Positions 1-9,643 of a DNA stretch of 64,000 bases are shown in pieces. The translations under genes and the position numbers were made by a program. Under the pieces are notes generated by a model. It had not been told where the DNA came from. It saw only the letters and a list, made by a program, of their open reading frames with translations, and did no database searches. Every line of letters starts with the position of its first letter. Position 1 is the stretch's first letter. The stretch is from Polyangiaceae bacterium (GTDB lineage Bacteria; Myxococcota_A; Polyangia; Polyangiales; Polyangiaceae), in the NCBI GenBank assembly GCA_965222375.1, contig CBDCTZ010000015.1, positions 1,120,001-1,184,000 on the forward strand, given 5' to 3'.

Positions 1-3000
1 GCGGATCTGTGTAATGGAGAGGAGCTGTGTGACGGCGTCGGGACCTGCGACCCCGGCACGCCGCTGCCCGTTGACGACGGCAACCCCTGCACCACGGACG
101 CCTGCGACCCAGTCGTCGGCGTGACGCACACTCCGGTGCCGCCGGGCACCGCCTGCAGCGATGGTGACGCCTGCAACGGTGAGGAGCTCTGCAACGCCTC
201 GACGGTGTGCCAACCGGGAACACCTCCCACCATCGACGACGGCAACCCGTGCACGGCGGATGCCTGCGACCCCGTCGCAGGCGTGACGCATACCCCGGTG
301 CCGAGTGGCACCAGCTGCGCCGATTCTGACGTCTGTAACGGAAATGAAACCTGCGACGGGCTGGGCGGCTGTCAAGCCGGGACGCCCCTGACTTGCGACG
401 ACAGCAACGTGTGCACCACCGACGCATGCAACCCGGCATCCGGCTGCGACTTCGTGCCCGTGGCCGCGGGCAGCTCGTGCGGCAACGGCGATGCCTGCGA
501 TGGAGACGAGCTGTGTGACGGGACAGGTAGCTGCAACCCCGGTACGCCGCTGGTCTGCGACGACATGAATCCCTGCACGATGAATTCGTGCGCTGCAGCG
601 ACCGGTTGCGAATCGAGCTTCGTGCCCGCGGGTGTCAGCTGCGGGCCCAATCAAACCTGCGACGGCGCTGGGACCTGCGAGTCGGAGCTGCCCCCGGATC
701 CGAGCCTGGTCGCGCCGCCGCTCGATCGCACCGTCGCCACCTCCCTGTTCGACCAGACGACGTTTCTGTACGACGGAGCCAATCCGATCCAAACGGGCGT
801 CGCTCCCGGCACCATCTCCCCAGAGCGCGTGAGCGTGCTCAAGGGTCGAGTGCTCACGGTGACCGGCGCGCCGTTGCCCGGCGCGACCGTCACCGTCGTC
901 GGTCGCCCAGAATTCGGCAGCACGCTTTCCCGAGCCGACGGCCAGTACGACATCGTGGTCAACGGCGGACAGCCCACTTCGCTGAGCTTCACCGCCACCG
1001 GCTACCTGGAAGCGCAGCGCACGGTCACGCCCGAGTGGCAGCGGTTTACGTTTGTGCCGGATGTGTCGCTCATCACGCTCGACCCCGCTGTGACTAGTGT
1101 GACGATGGGTAGCAGCAGCCTCCAGGTCGCCAGTGGCTCCACCAGCAGCGACGCCGATGGCGTGCGCCGAGCGCGCCTGTGCATCCCCGCCGGCACGACA
1201 GCCTCTCTGGTCATGCCCGACGGCAGCACCGTCCCTGCGCCATCGCTATCAGTGCGCATCACGGAGTACACGGTCGGTCCGTTTGGCCCGACGGCCATGC
1301 CGGCCGAGCTGCCGACCAATCTCGGCTACACCTACGCAGTCGAGCTGAGCGCGGATGAGGCTGAAGCCGCAGGTGCCACCCAAGTGGTCTTTAGCCAGCC
1401 GACGTACTTGTATGTGGAAAACTTCCTGCAGTTCCCAGTGGGCACCATCGTGCCGGTTGGTTTCTACGACCGCAGCGACGCCTGCTGGAAGCCCTCCGAC
1501 AATGGGCGGGTGATCGAGGTGCTGAGCGTCACTGGCGGCGTCGCCTCGCTAGACGTCGACGGCTCCGGAACACCCGCTGACGCCGCAACGCTTGCAGCTC
1601 TCGGCTTCACCACGGAAGAGCTGACGAAGATTGCTCAGACCTATGCGGTGGGGCAGTCGTTCTGGCGCTCACCGATCCCGCATTTTTCACCGGTGGACTG
1701 CAACCTGGGGCTGATTCCGGACACGGGCGATGGCGGGAACGGTGGCTCGGGAGGTAGTGGTGGCTCGGGCGGCACCGGTGGCTCCGGAGCCACGGGCGGC
1801 AGTGGCGGTTCGGGCGGCACCGGAGGTAGTGGTGGGTCTGGAGGGACGGGAGGAAGCAGCGGCTCCGGCGGCAGCGGTGGCGCGAGTGGCTCGGGCGGTT
1901 CGAGCGGTAGCGGTGGCTCGGGCGGTTCGAGCGGCAGCGGCGGTTCGAGTGGCAGTGGTGGGACCAGTGGCAGCGGTGGAACCGGGGGCTCCGGAAACAC
2001 CGGAGCGTTCGGTGCAACGAGCGGTTTTGGTGGGACCGGAAACACCAGCGGTTTCGGCCCCGGTTGCACGAACGACTGCCCCGATGATGGCGACGACGAC
2101 AAGGACGATCCTTGCGAGGGAGAGGGCTCCGTCATCGAGTGCCAGAATCAGACTTTTGGCGAGGTGTTGCCCGTCGCCGGCACGGACATGTCGCTGGTCT
2201 ACACGAGCGCCCGAGCCCCTGGCCGATTGTCGCGCATGACCATGAACATCCCGCTGACCGGTCCAACGATCAAAAGCAAGCTGCGTCGAGTCGACGTCGA
2301 GGTCAGCGTGGCAGGCAAGATTTTCCGGGCGAGCGAGGGCCCTACAACCGACCTGACCGTACCGTTCACCTGGGACGGCAACGACGCCTATGGCCGCAAA
2401 GTACAGGGCAGCCAGGTTGCCGTGGCTCGAGTCGGTGAGGTGTACCCCACGAGGTACGCAAAGCCCGCTGCGGTGGGACAGGCTTTCGGACAGTATGCCG
2501 ACAATGGCATCGAGCTGACGGTCAACGAGGCGCGCACAGAGCTCACCCTCTGGCGCACCGTCAAGAAGCGCAACCTCGGCCTCTGGGACGAAAGTGGTCG
2601 CGGCCTAGGCGGCATGAGCCTCGACGTGCACCATGCCTATGATCCCGCTGGGCAGATCTTGTACCTCGGCAGTGGAGAGCGGCGGAGCCGCGACAGCCTA
2701 GTCGAGGTGGTCGCTGCCCTCACGAAGCCAAATACCGCTCCCAACAGTGGTGACGGCGGCCCCGCAGCTCTGGCGGGTGCCAGCCCGCGCGGCGTTGCGC
2801 AGGGACCGGATGGCTCGATCTACATTGCCGACTTCGGTCGCACCGTGCGCCGCATCGCTCCCGACGGCGTCATCACGACAATTGCGGGTGATCCGTCCAC
2901 AGTGGGTTATGCAGGCGATGGCGGACCCGCAACCGCTGCGCTGTTCAACGGAATCACGGACCTGACCGTTGGTCGAGACGGCTCGGTCTACGTGATGGAC

Positions 3001-6000
3001 ACGACCAACGCCCGCGTGCGCCGCATCACACCCGACGGCATCATCGACACCGTCGTCGGCACCGGCGTGGGCGGCTTTTCTGGAGATGAAGGCCCCGCAA
3101 CGGCGGCCCAGATCAACGGTGCCCGCGCCATTGCCTTCGGCGTGGACTGCAACTTGTTCATCGCCGATTCATCCAACCTACGAGTGCGCATGGTGGACTC
3201 GTCGGGGGTGATTCACACGGTGACTACGCTGACCGAGCAGCCCTTTGCCGTCGCGGCTGGCCCTGATGGCAGCGTCTACATCGGCACGAACGGCTTCCGC
3301 GTGTATCGCTTGGATACCGCAGGCCGCGTGCTTCCCTTCGCCGGAAACGGAACCCTCGGATTTTCCGGCGACGGCGGTCCAGCTTTGGACGCCCAAATCG
3401 GAACCGTCGACGACCTCGCGGTTTCCCCCTCCGGTGTCGTGTACATCAACGACCGCGGCAACAGGCGGATCCGTCAGGTCGACTCAGCCGGGACGATCTC
3501 GACCTACGCTGGCACCGGCAACGTCAACCCGTTCTCCCCGAACCGTCCAAGCACCGCGACCGCGGTGATCGCAAACGGCATGGACGTCGCGATGGACGGC
3601 GGACTACTCGTTGGCGACGATGTGCACCAGGTCGTAGCTCGCATCCGGCTTCCCCTGCCAAGGTTCAATGGCGGGGCCAGCCTCGCTGTTTCTTCTGACG
3701 ACGGCAGCGAACTCTACACCTTCGACGGCCGCGGCAAGCACCTGGCAACCTTCAATGCCGCCACCGCCACGATGCGCTACCAATTCGCCTACGATTCCAA
3801 CGGTCTGCTCGCCCAGGTCCGCGACGGAGACAACAACGTCACGACGATTCAGCGCGACGCCATCGGCGCGCCCCAAGCCATCATCGGTCCCTACGGTCAG
3901 GTCACGAGCCTGACCCTCGACGCCGACGGCTACGCCGCGACCGTGACCAGTCCTGCTTCGGAGCTGCATCAATTTACGTTCACGAGCGATGGCCTGCTCC
4001 AAAGCTACATCAACCCCCGCAACCAACTGAAAGTCCTCAGCTACGGCCCGCTCGGTCGCCTCGCCGGCTTCATCGACCAAGCCACGGGCAACCGCACCTA
4101 CGACCGGACCCAAGCCACGAGCGACTTCACCGTATTGGAAACCACGCCATTGGGCAGGCAAACCACCTTTGGCTACGCGAGCCTACCGACCGGCGACGAG
4201 CAGTACACCAACACCTTCCCAGATGGCACGCAGAGCACGCAATTCATCGGACGCGACCGAACGCTGACCACGACGCTGCCCGACGGCACCGTCATCACGA
4301 CCACCGAAGCCCCCGACCCCCGCTTCGGCTTCGCCACCAAGGTAGTCTCCACCGAAACCCGCACGCCCTCAGGCCTGGTCCGCACGGAAACCGCCGACCG
4401 CAGCGTCACGCTGAGCGATCCGCTCGATCCCCTCAGTCTGCTCACGCAAACCGACACCACGACCATCGACGGCCGCGTCACCACGAGCGTCTTCGACCGC
4501 GCCACGCTGACCACGACGACCACCAGCCCCGCCGGCCGGCAGGTCATCACCATCCAAGACGACCAAGGCCGCACCACCCGCCGCGACGTTCCCGGCATCC
4601 TCCCCGTAGACTTCGCCTACGACCTGCGCGGCAGGCTCTCCACCATCACCCAAGGCTCCCGCACCCGCACGACCAACTACTTCAACACCACCGACACACG
4701 AAACGGCTACGTCCAGTCCATCACCGACGCCCTAACCCAAACGACCAGCTTCACCCCCGACGCCATCGGCCGCGTCCTCCAACAGCTCGACCCCGACGGC
4801 GCCATCACCAGCTTCGCCTGGGACGGCAACGGAAACCTGACCAGCGTCACGCCCCCCGGCCAGCCCGCCCACGGCCAAACCTTCACGCCCGTGGACCTAC
4901 TGGGCAGCTACGATCCGCCCGCCGTGCCCGGCGTGACGACTCCGAGTACACTGTTCAACTACGACCTGGACAGGATGCTGACGCAAACCACGAGACCCGA
5001 TGGATTGCTCATCGGACGCACGTATGACACAGCGGGCAAGCTCGACTTCATGACGACGCCCTCGGGCACAGTCGACTACACATATTTCGGGCTGACGCCT
5101 TGTCCGGGATGCGCGCCGGGACGGCTCTCTTCCATCACCGACCCGAGCGGGGTCGTGCTCTCGCATACCTACGATGGGCAGCTGATGTCCTCGATGACCT
5201 GGAGTGGGCCGTTCAGTGGGAGCGTGGCGTTTGGGTACGACAACTCGTTCCGCACGATTTCCGAGACGGTGACCGTTGGGGCGACCACAAGCCCAGCGTT
5301 CTTTGGCTATGACCCTGACGACATCGTCATCTGCGCCTCGCAGACCAGCTGCGCGCCGCCGAGCGCGGACGCGCTTGCCGTTGCCCTCGACCCACAGAAT
5401 GGCCGCGTCACGGGCTCGGCCCTTGGCCTCGTCACCGACACCTGGACCTACAACGCCTATGGCGAGATGGCTTCGTATGTCGCGACCACCGGAGGCACGA
5501 CGCTCTTCTCCGAAGTCGTCGACACGGCCACCGACCCTCGCGATCAGCTTGGCCGCATCGTCACTCGCGTCGAAGCAAACGGCGCCGCGCCCATCACCTG
5601 GGACTACACCTATGATTTGCGGGGCAGGTTGACGGACGTCTTCAAGAATGGGGCGCTCTTCGAGCATTACGGATATGATGCCAACGGTAACCGCACGCTG
5701 CTGCAGACAACCAGCTCCTCAATTGCTGGCACGTATGACGCGCAGGACAGATTGCTCACCTACGGCACGCTGTCCTACACCTACACCGCCAACGGTGAGC
5801 TGAGCAGCAAGACCGACTCCGCGACGAGCGAGACGACGGTCTACAGCTATGACGTCCGAGGCAACCTCACGCGCGTCGACCTGCCGAGCGGAGATGTCAT
5901 CGAATACCTTGTTGACGGCCAGGACCGCCGCGTGGGCAAGAAGCGCAACGGCGTGCTCGAAAAGGCGTGGCTGTATCGCGATGGGCTCAATCCGGTAGCG

Positions 6001-6711
6001 GAACTCGACGCCGCAGGCGCATTGCTGTCACGCTTTGTCTACGGCTCGAAACCCAACGTGCCCGAGTACATGGTGCGCGGAGGCGTCACCTATCGCATCC
6101 TGAGTGACCATCTGGGGTCACCAAGGGCGATTGTCGATGTCGCGACCGGCACGCCAGCGTGGCGTGCGGACTATGATGCTAGGGGTAACCACACGGTGCT
6201 GCTGGGTGCTGAAGACTTCACGCCCTTTGGCTTCGCCGGCGGGCTGCACGATGCAGACACGCGGCTGGTGCGCTTTGGGGCGCGGGATTACGATCCGGTT
6301 ACCGGGAGGTGGACGGCTAAGGATCCGATTGGGCTGCTTGCGGACGGTCCAAATCTCTACGGCTATGCTCTCACGGATCCTGTAAACTGGAGAGACAGCA
6401 CCGGGGAGAGCAGTTGCCTTGCGGCTTGCGCGGAGAAGTGGTGGTGGTGGACTGCAGGCCTGCTCGCATGCTCGGCTAGCTGCATTTCGAGTGGGCCAGG
6501 AAAACCCGGAGGATCTGGCGGGCCCTATCGGACGCCGAGTCCGCCGGGTGCTGAGTTCCCGCAATGCGCCGGCCTGAGTTTCACACCGACCAGCCGCTGT
6601 TGCCGGAACGCATGCGACTTTCGGGACGAGATCGCACCCAACATCTGCCCGGAGCCGGGTACCCCGCGCGCGTGCTATGAGCGGTGCATGGCCGAAAACT
6701 GGCCATCATGA
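1..6711 (+). CDS. Teneurin-like Rhs/YD-repeat protein, 5'-truncated by the window: Cys-rich repeats, carboxypeptidase-regulatory-like domain, Gly/Ser linker, NHL repeats, YD shell, Rhs core, Cys-rich C-terminal tip
   Basis: Frame 1 is open from base 1 (ADLCNGEELCDG...). DDGNPCTxDACD repeats; GxAGDGGPA NHL repeats; many YD repeats; Rhs core FGARDYDPVTGRWTAKDPIG...DPVNWRDSTG; stop TGA at 6709-6711. Confidence 0.9.
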   Translation, partial: ADLCNGEELCDGVGTCDPGTPLPVDDGNPCTTDACDPVVGVTHTPVPPGTACSDGDACNGEELCNASTVCQPGTPPTIDDGNPCTADACDPVAGVTHTPVPSGTSCADSDVCNGNETCDGLGGCQAGTPLTCDDSNVCTTDACNPASGCDFVPVAAGSSCGNGDACDGDELCDGTGSCNPGTPLVCDDMNPCTMNSCAAATGCESSFVPAGVSCGPNQTCDGAGTCESELPPDPSLVAPPLDRTVATSLFDQTTFLYDGANPIQTGVAPGTISPERVSVLKGRVLTVTGAPLPGATVTVVGRPEFGSTLSRADGQYDIVVNGGQPTSLSFTATGYLEAQRTVTPEWQRFTFVPDVSLITLDPAVTSVTMGSSSLQVASGSTSSDADGVRRARLCIPAGTTASLVMPDGSTVPAPSLSVRITEYTVGPFGPTAMPAELPTNLGYTYAVELSADEAEAAGATQVVFSQPTYLYVENFLQFPVGTIVPVGFYDRSDACWKPSDNGRVIEVLSVTGGVASLDVDGSGTPADAATLAALGFTTEELTKIAQTYAVGQSFWRSPIPHFSPVDCNLGLIPDTGDGGNGGSGGSGGSGGTGGSGATGGSGGSGGTGGSGGSGGTGGSSGSGGSGGASGSGGSSGSGGSGGSSGSGGSSGSGGTSGSGGTGGSGNTGAFGATSGFGGTGNTSGFGPGCTNDCPDDGDDDKDDPCEGEGSVIECQNQTFGEVLPVAGTDMSLVYTSARAPGRLSRMTMNIPLTGPTIKSKLRRVDVEVSVAGKIFRASEGPTTDLTVPFTWDGNDAYGRKVQGSQVAVARVGEVYPTRYAKPAAVGQAFGQYADNGIELTVNEARTELTLWRTVKKRNLGLWDESGRGLGGMSLDVHHAYDPAGQILYLGSGERRSRDSLVEVVAALTKPNTAPNSGDGGPAALAGASPRGVAQGPDGSIYIADFGRTVRRIAPDGVITTIAGDPSTVGYAGDGGPATAALFNGITDLTVGRDGSVYVMDTTNARVRRITPDGIIDTVVGTGVGGFSGDEGPATAAQINGARAIAFGVDCNLFIADSSNLRVRMVDSSGVIHTVTTLTEQPFAVAAGPDGSVYIGTNGFRVYRLDTAGRVLPFAGNGTLGFSGDGGPALDAQIGTVDDLAVSPSGVVYINDRGNRRIRQVDSAGTISTYAGTGNVNPFSPNRPSTATAVIANGMDVAMDGGLLVGDDVHQVVARIRLPLPRFNGGASLAVSSDDGSELYTFDGRGKHLATFNAATATMRYQFAYDSNGLLAQVRDGDNNVTTIQRDAIGAPQAIIGPYGQVTSLTLDADGYAATVTSPASELHQFTFTSDGLLQSYINPRNQLKVLSYGPLGRLAGFIDQATGNRTYDRTQATSDFTVLETTPLGRQTTFGYASLPTGDEQYTNTFPDGTQSTQFIGRDRTLTTTLPDGTVITTTEAPDPRFGFATKVVSTETRTPSGLVRTETADRSVTLSDPLDPLSLLTQTDTTTIDGRVTTSVFDRATLTTTTTSPAGRQVITIQDDQGRTTRRDVPGILPVDFAYDLRGRLSTITQGSRTRTTNYFNTTDTRNGYVQSITDALTQTTSFTPDAIGRVLQQLDPDGAITSFAWDGNGNLTSVTPPGQPAHGQTFTPVDLLGSYDPPAVPGVTTPSTLFNYDLDRMLTQTTRPDGLLIGRTYDTAGKLDFMTTPSGTVDYTYFGLTPCPGCAPGRLSSITDPSGVVLSHTYDGQLMSSMTWSGPFSGSVAFGYDNSFRTISETVTVGATTSPAFFGYDPDDIVICASQTSCAPPSADALAVALDPQNGRVTGSALGLVTDTWTYNAYGEMASYVATTGGTTLFSEVVDTATDPRDQLGRIVTRVEANGAAPITWDYTYDLRGRLTDVFKNGALFEHYGYDANGNRTLLQTTSSSIAGTYDAQDRLLTYGTLSYTYTANGELSSKTDSATSETTVYSYDVRGNLTRVDLPSGDVIEYLVDGQDRRVGKKRNGVLEKAWLYRDGLNPVAELDAAGALLSRFVYGSKPNVPEYMVRGGVTYRILSDHLGSPRAIVDVATGTPAWRADYDARGNHTVLLGAEDFTPFGFAGGLHDADTRLVRFGARDYDPVTGRWTAKDPIGLLADGPNLYGYALTDPVNWRDSTGESSCLAACAEKWWWWTAGLLACSASCISSGPGKPGGSGGPYRTPSPPGAEFPQCAGLSFTPTSRCCRNACDFRDEIAPNICPEPGTPRACYERCMAENWPS
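4213..6333 (+). repeat. ~2.1-kb segment of the Rhs gene duplicated at 9644-11764
   Basis: Direct comparison at constant offset 5431. Near-identical up to ~5600, then mostly synonymous differences up to KDPIG. Confidence 0.95.
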
Positions 6712-7418
6712 CGGAGCTAGAGTGCTTCGACGATCTGGTCGCTGAGGGTTGTGCGCTCCGCTCCAAGGGCGACTTCGGTTCGGCGCGGAAGTTGCTGGAG
6801 CGTGCTCTTGTCGAAGGCGAGGCCATGTGGGGTCCATATTCGGAAAGGCTGATCGCACCGTTGTGGCAGTTGGCGAAACTTGAGCATCAGACCTCATTCG
6901 ATTCGCCGAAATCAAACGCCGCTCAGATTGCACAACTGCGCCGAGCGGCAGCCATTGCAGATGTCGCACTTTCCCGAACGGACGCACAGAGAATCCGCAT
7001 CCTTGGTTCGCTAGCGATTGCGCTTCATGTGGCAGAACTTCGCGATGAGGCCTCGGAAGCGTTCGCCGAGGCGCTTGAAGCGCTTGGGACGACGGACAAG
7101 GACTACAGGCAATTCCTACTCGGTGGCTACGTTCAGGTGCTGCTTGAACTCCAGAGATTCGTCGACGCTGAGGTTGGCGCCCGGGAGTTACTTGACCTGT
7201 CGGAACGACCTGGCAGCGCAGAACTCACTGCGTTTGAAGCATGGTACTACCTCGGCCAGAGCCTGCTGGGAGTGGGTCGGCCTGCCGAAGCCGCGACGTT
7301 CTTCCGACGCTGCTTGGAATACCAGATACGCAAGGTTGGGGATTCTCCCAGAAACGAGGAATTTCGCCTGTTCCTGGAGCAAGCGGAGCGCGAGGCAGCC
7401 AATGCACGAGACAAATAG
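6708..7418 (+). CDS. TPR-like helical protein, putative immunity/accessory partner of the Rhs tip
   Basis: ATGA overlap with the Rhs stop; TPR-like motifs (AWYYLGQSLLGVGRPAEAATFFRRCLE). The immunity role is inferred from position only. Confidence 0.7.
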   Translation: MTELECFDDLVAEGCALRSKGDFGSARKLLERALVEGEAMWGPYSERLIAPLWQLAKLEHQTSFDSPKSNAAQIAQLRRAAAIADVALSRTDAQRIRILGSLAIALHVAELRDEASEAFAEALEALGTTDKDYRQFLLGGYVQVLLELQRFVDAEVGARELLDLSERPGSAELTAFEAWYYLGQSLLGVGRPAEAATFFRRCLEYQIRKVGDSPRNEEFRLFLEQAEREAANARDK

Positions 7419-7451
7419 ATGGTCAGTAGTTTCTGGGGTCGCGCCACGCCC

Positions 7452-7578
7452 CCCAAAGCACCGCGGTCGCCAAACAAAGACGCCTCCCGACGCAAAGGTC
7501 CCTCCCTGCCACGCGCAGCGGCGCCTGCCGCGTGGTGCAGGTGTTTACCAGGTCGCCCTCGCGCGCGCAGGCGTCGCG
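7452..7578. repeat. 127-bp dispersed repeat with long imperfect hairpin, copy 1 (copy 2 at 16231-16357)
   Basis: Shared blocks cccaaagcaccgcggtcgcca, aaggtccctccctgccacgcgcagcggcgcctgccgcg and ctcgcgcgcgcaggcg. Confidence 0.9.
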
Positions 7579-9539
7579 CTCCCGGTAGGGACGGCCCTTT
7601 ACGGGCCGCCCCCCGGACAGATCCGGACGTGCGGATTTCCCGCATCCGGCTCCTCAGGCCACGGCTTTGCTACGCGAAGCGGCGCGAGGCATCGGGTTTC
7701 GGGAGCGGATTGCGCTCCAGTAGCCGATCCATCGCAGGCCAGGTGAGTCGCGCTTTGTCGGAGCGTCGAGACAGCCAGCGCTTCCACTTCCGCACAGTGG
7801 CGAAGTACAAGCTCCAGAGGCGGCTGAAGTTGCCGGTACGGCCGAAGTAGGCGTAGTGACCGCGAAGTTTCGCAGCCAGCGCCTGACGCTGTACTCGCAC
7901 AGAAGCATGCCGGTGATTCCGACACCACTGTGCGATGGCGTTGACCGCTCTCTGGTATCTGTCTTTCGCTGTTCGCGTCCTCACCACCCACTTGCCAGCC
8001 AGGCTCTTTGCCCAGTGGAAGGTGAAGCCGAGGAAGTTGAAGGAGCTAGGCCCCGATGGCCCCTCACCCTCGCCGCCGCGACGCCGTCGGATCCGGTCCG
8101 GCCGTTTGAACGGCACGAGCTTTGTCTTTTCGGCGTGCAGCGTGAGCCCGAACTTGGCGAATCGCTTCGGCAAGACCTCGAACACACGCCTGGCGTCTTC
8201 CTCGAACTCGAACAGCATGACGGCATCGTCCGCGTAGCGAACGAGGTGCGCCCGAGCCCGAAGGCGGGGACGCACTTGTCGCTCGAACCAGACGTCAAGC
8301 ACCTCATGCAGGTAGATGTTTGCCAGCAACGGCGAGATCACCCCGCCCTGTGGCGTGCCGGCATCCGGGTAGCTCAGCCGCCCGGACTCCAGCACTCCTG
8401 CATTCAGCCACTTGCCGATCAAGCGCAGGATCACGCCATCGCGCACCCTGCAGCGCAGCACTTCCCGTAGTCGTCCGTGGTCCAAGGTATCGAAAAACTT
8501 TCGTATATCGATCTCCAGAACCCAACCGCCAGCCATCTTGACCATCGGTGTCCGAAGCGTTTCCAGAGCCTGGTGCGCAGAGCGCCCTGGCCGGAAGCCA
8601 TAGGAGCAGTTCAAGAAGTCCTGCTCATAGACTGCTTCGAGCACCATCGCGACTGCTCGTTGCAACACCTTGTCCTCGAAGGTTGGGATCCCAAGCGGGC
8701 GCGTTTCCTTCCCTCCCCCCTTGGGGATGTGCACACGCCGCACGGGTGGGGCTCGGTATGTGCCGGACTTCGCGCGGTCGAGCAGCGACTGGAGATGTTC
8801 CTCCAGGTTGGCCGCGTACTCTTGCGCGCTCTGCCCGTCCACGCCCACAGCACCATCCTTGCGAGTCCTGCGGTGCGCTTCGCGCAGCCACTCCAGGTCG
8901 ATGTGATGGGCCAGCGTCGTGAACGCCATGTCGGGCGCTTGCTGCGCCAGCGTTGCTATCCTTTCGACTTTCGTTGAGATGCTTGTTGAGCTCGATGTCT
9001 CACTCATCTTTCCCTCTTTCGGTTCCGTGACCCGGCGCCATCCTTCGCTCCACCGGGTCGCTTGGGAGGCTTCCCCGGCTTCGACTACTATTTGGCGCTC
9101 GGACTTCCCGCCCGCCCCACCTCGCTCACTTGCGCTTGCTTGGCAGTTCCGGTTTCCCGGAGCGGACAGGACCTCTCAAGTTCCTCGGTGACCCCTTCGC
9201 GCACATGCCGTGTTCTACGACCTCGGTGGGACCGCGGAGACACGCCGTCGGGGCGTTGCCCCTGACTCTTGCTCCGCTGGTATTGCCTTCCGGCCTGTGC
9301 TGAGCCGTCGGCTCCCACGACTACCAACCTTTCGCGGCCCAATTGCACGGCCTGCACGCTCGCTGTCTACGCTTCGCAGCAGTCCTCCCTTTCGGTTGTG
9401 ACTGCCACGCAAGACTCGCTTTCAGCTGGCGGCGCACCCTTGGCTGAGCGGGACTCCAACCCGCTGGGTCACTACATCAAGTTTCAGTTATGTCTGGCTC
9501 TTACATGACTTCCTCCTGATCGAAGCTTTCTTGACGCAC
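7579..9539 (-). mobile_element. Group II intron, full length, RT-encoding with no En domain (IIB-like, resembles bacterial class E)
   Basis: 5' end GTGCGTCAAG at 9539; DIII stem gcgcca...tggcgc near 9035-9098; domain V gagccggatgcgggaaatccgcacgtccggatc and DVI at 7579-7655. Removing it restores the junction cgcg|agca seen in the uninterrupted repeat copy at 16357. Confidence 0.92.
7670..9007 (-). CDS. ltrA: Group II intron reverse transcriptase/maturase
   Basis: GVDG (RT0), [49 protein letters not shown], maturase X domain; SD-like gagggaaag before the ATG. Confidence 0.97.
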   Translation of the reverse strand: MSETSSSTSISTKVERIATLAQQAPDMAFTTLAHHIDLEWLREAHRRTRKDGAVGVDGQSAQEYAANLEEHLQSLLDRAKSGTYRAPPVRRVHIPKGGGKETRPLGIPTFEDKVLQRAVAMVLEAVYEQDFLNCSYGFRPGRSAHQALETLRTPMVKMAGGWVLEIDIRKFFDTLDHGRLREVLRCRVRDGVILRLIGKWLNAGVLESGRLSYPDAGTPQGGVISPLLANIYLHEVLDVWFERQVRPRLRARAHLVRYADDAVMLFEFEEDARRVFEVLPKRFAKFGLTLHAEKTKLVPFKRPDRIRRRRGGEGEGPSGPSSFNFLGFTFHWAKSLAGKWVVRTRTAKDRYQRAVNAIAQWCRNHRHASVRVQRQALAAKLRGHYAYFGRTGNFSRLWSLYFATVRKWKRWLSRRSDKARLTWPAMDRLLERNPLPKPDASRRFA

Positions 9540-9643
9540 AGCATGGCTTTGGGTAGGGACCGGCGAGGTGGCGCCAAAGTTGTGCACGCAATGTCGTCGC
9601 TGCGTCCGCGACGAGCGCCGCCGAGACGAGGGTGGGCAGCCCA

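Noticed and set aside
7670..9007. DGR or retron RT diversifying the Rhs repeats
   Set aside because: The RT lies within complete group II intron RNA domains, and differences between the Rhs copies are mostly synonymous rather than adenine-specific.
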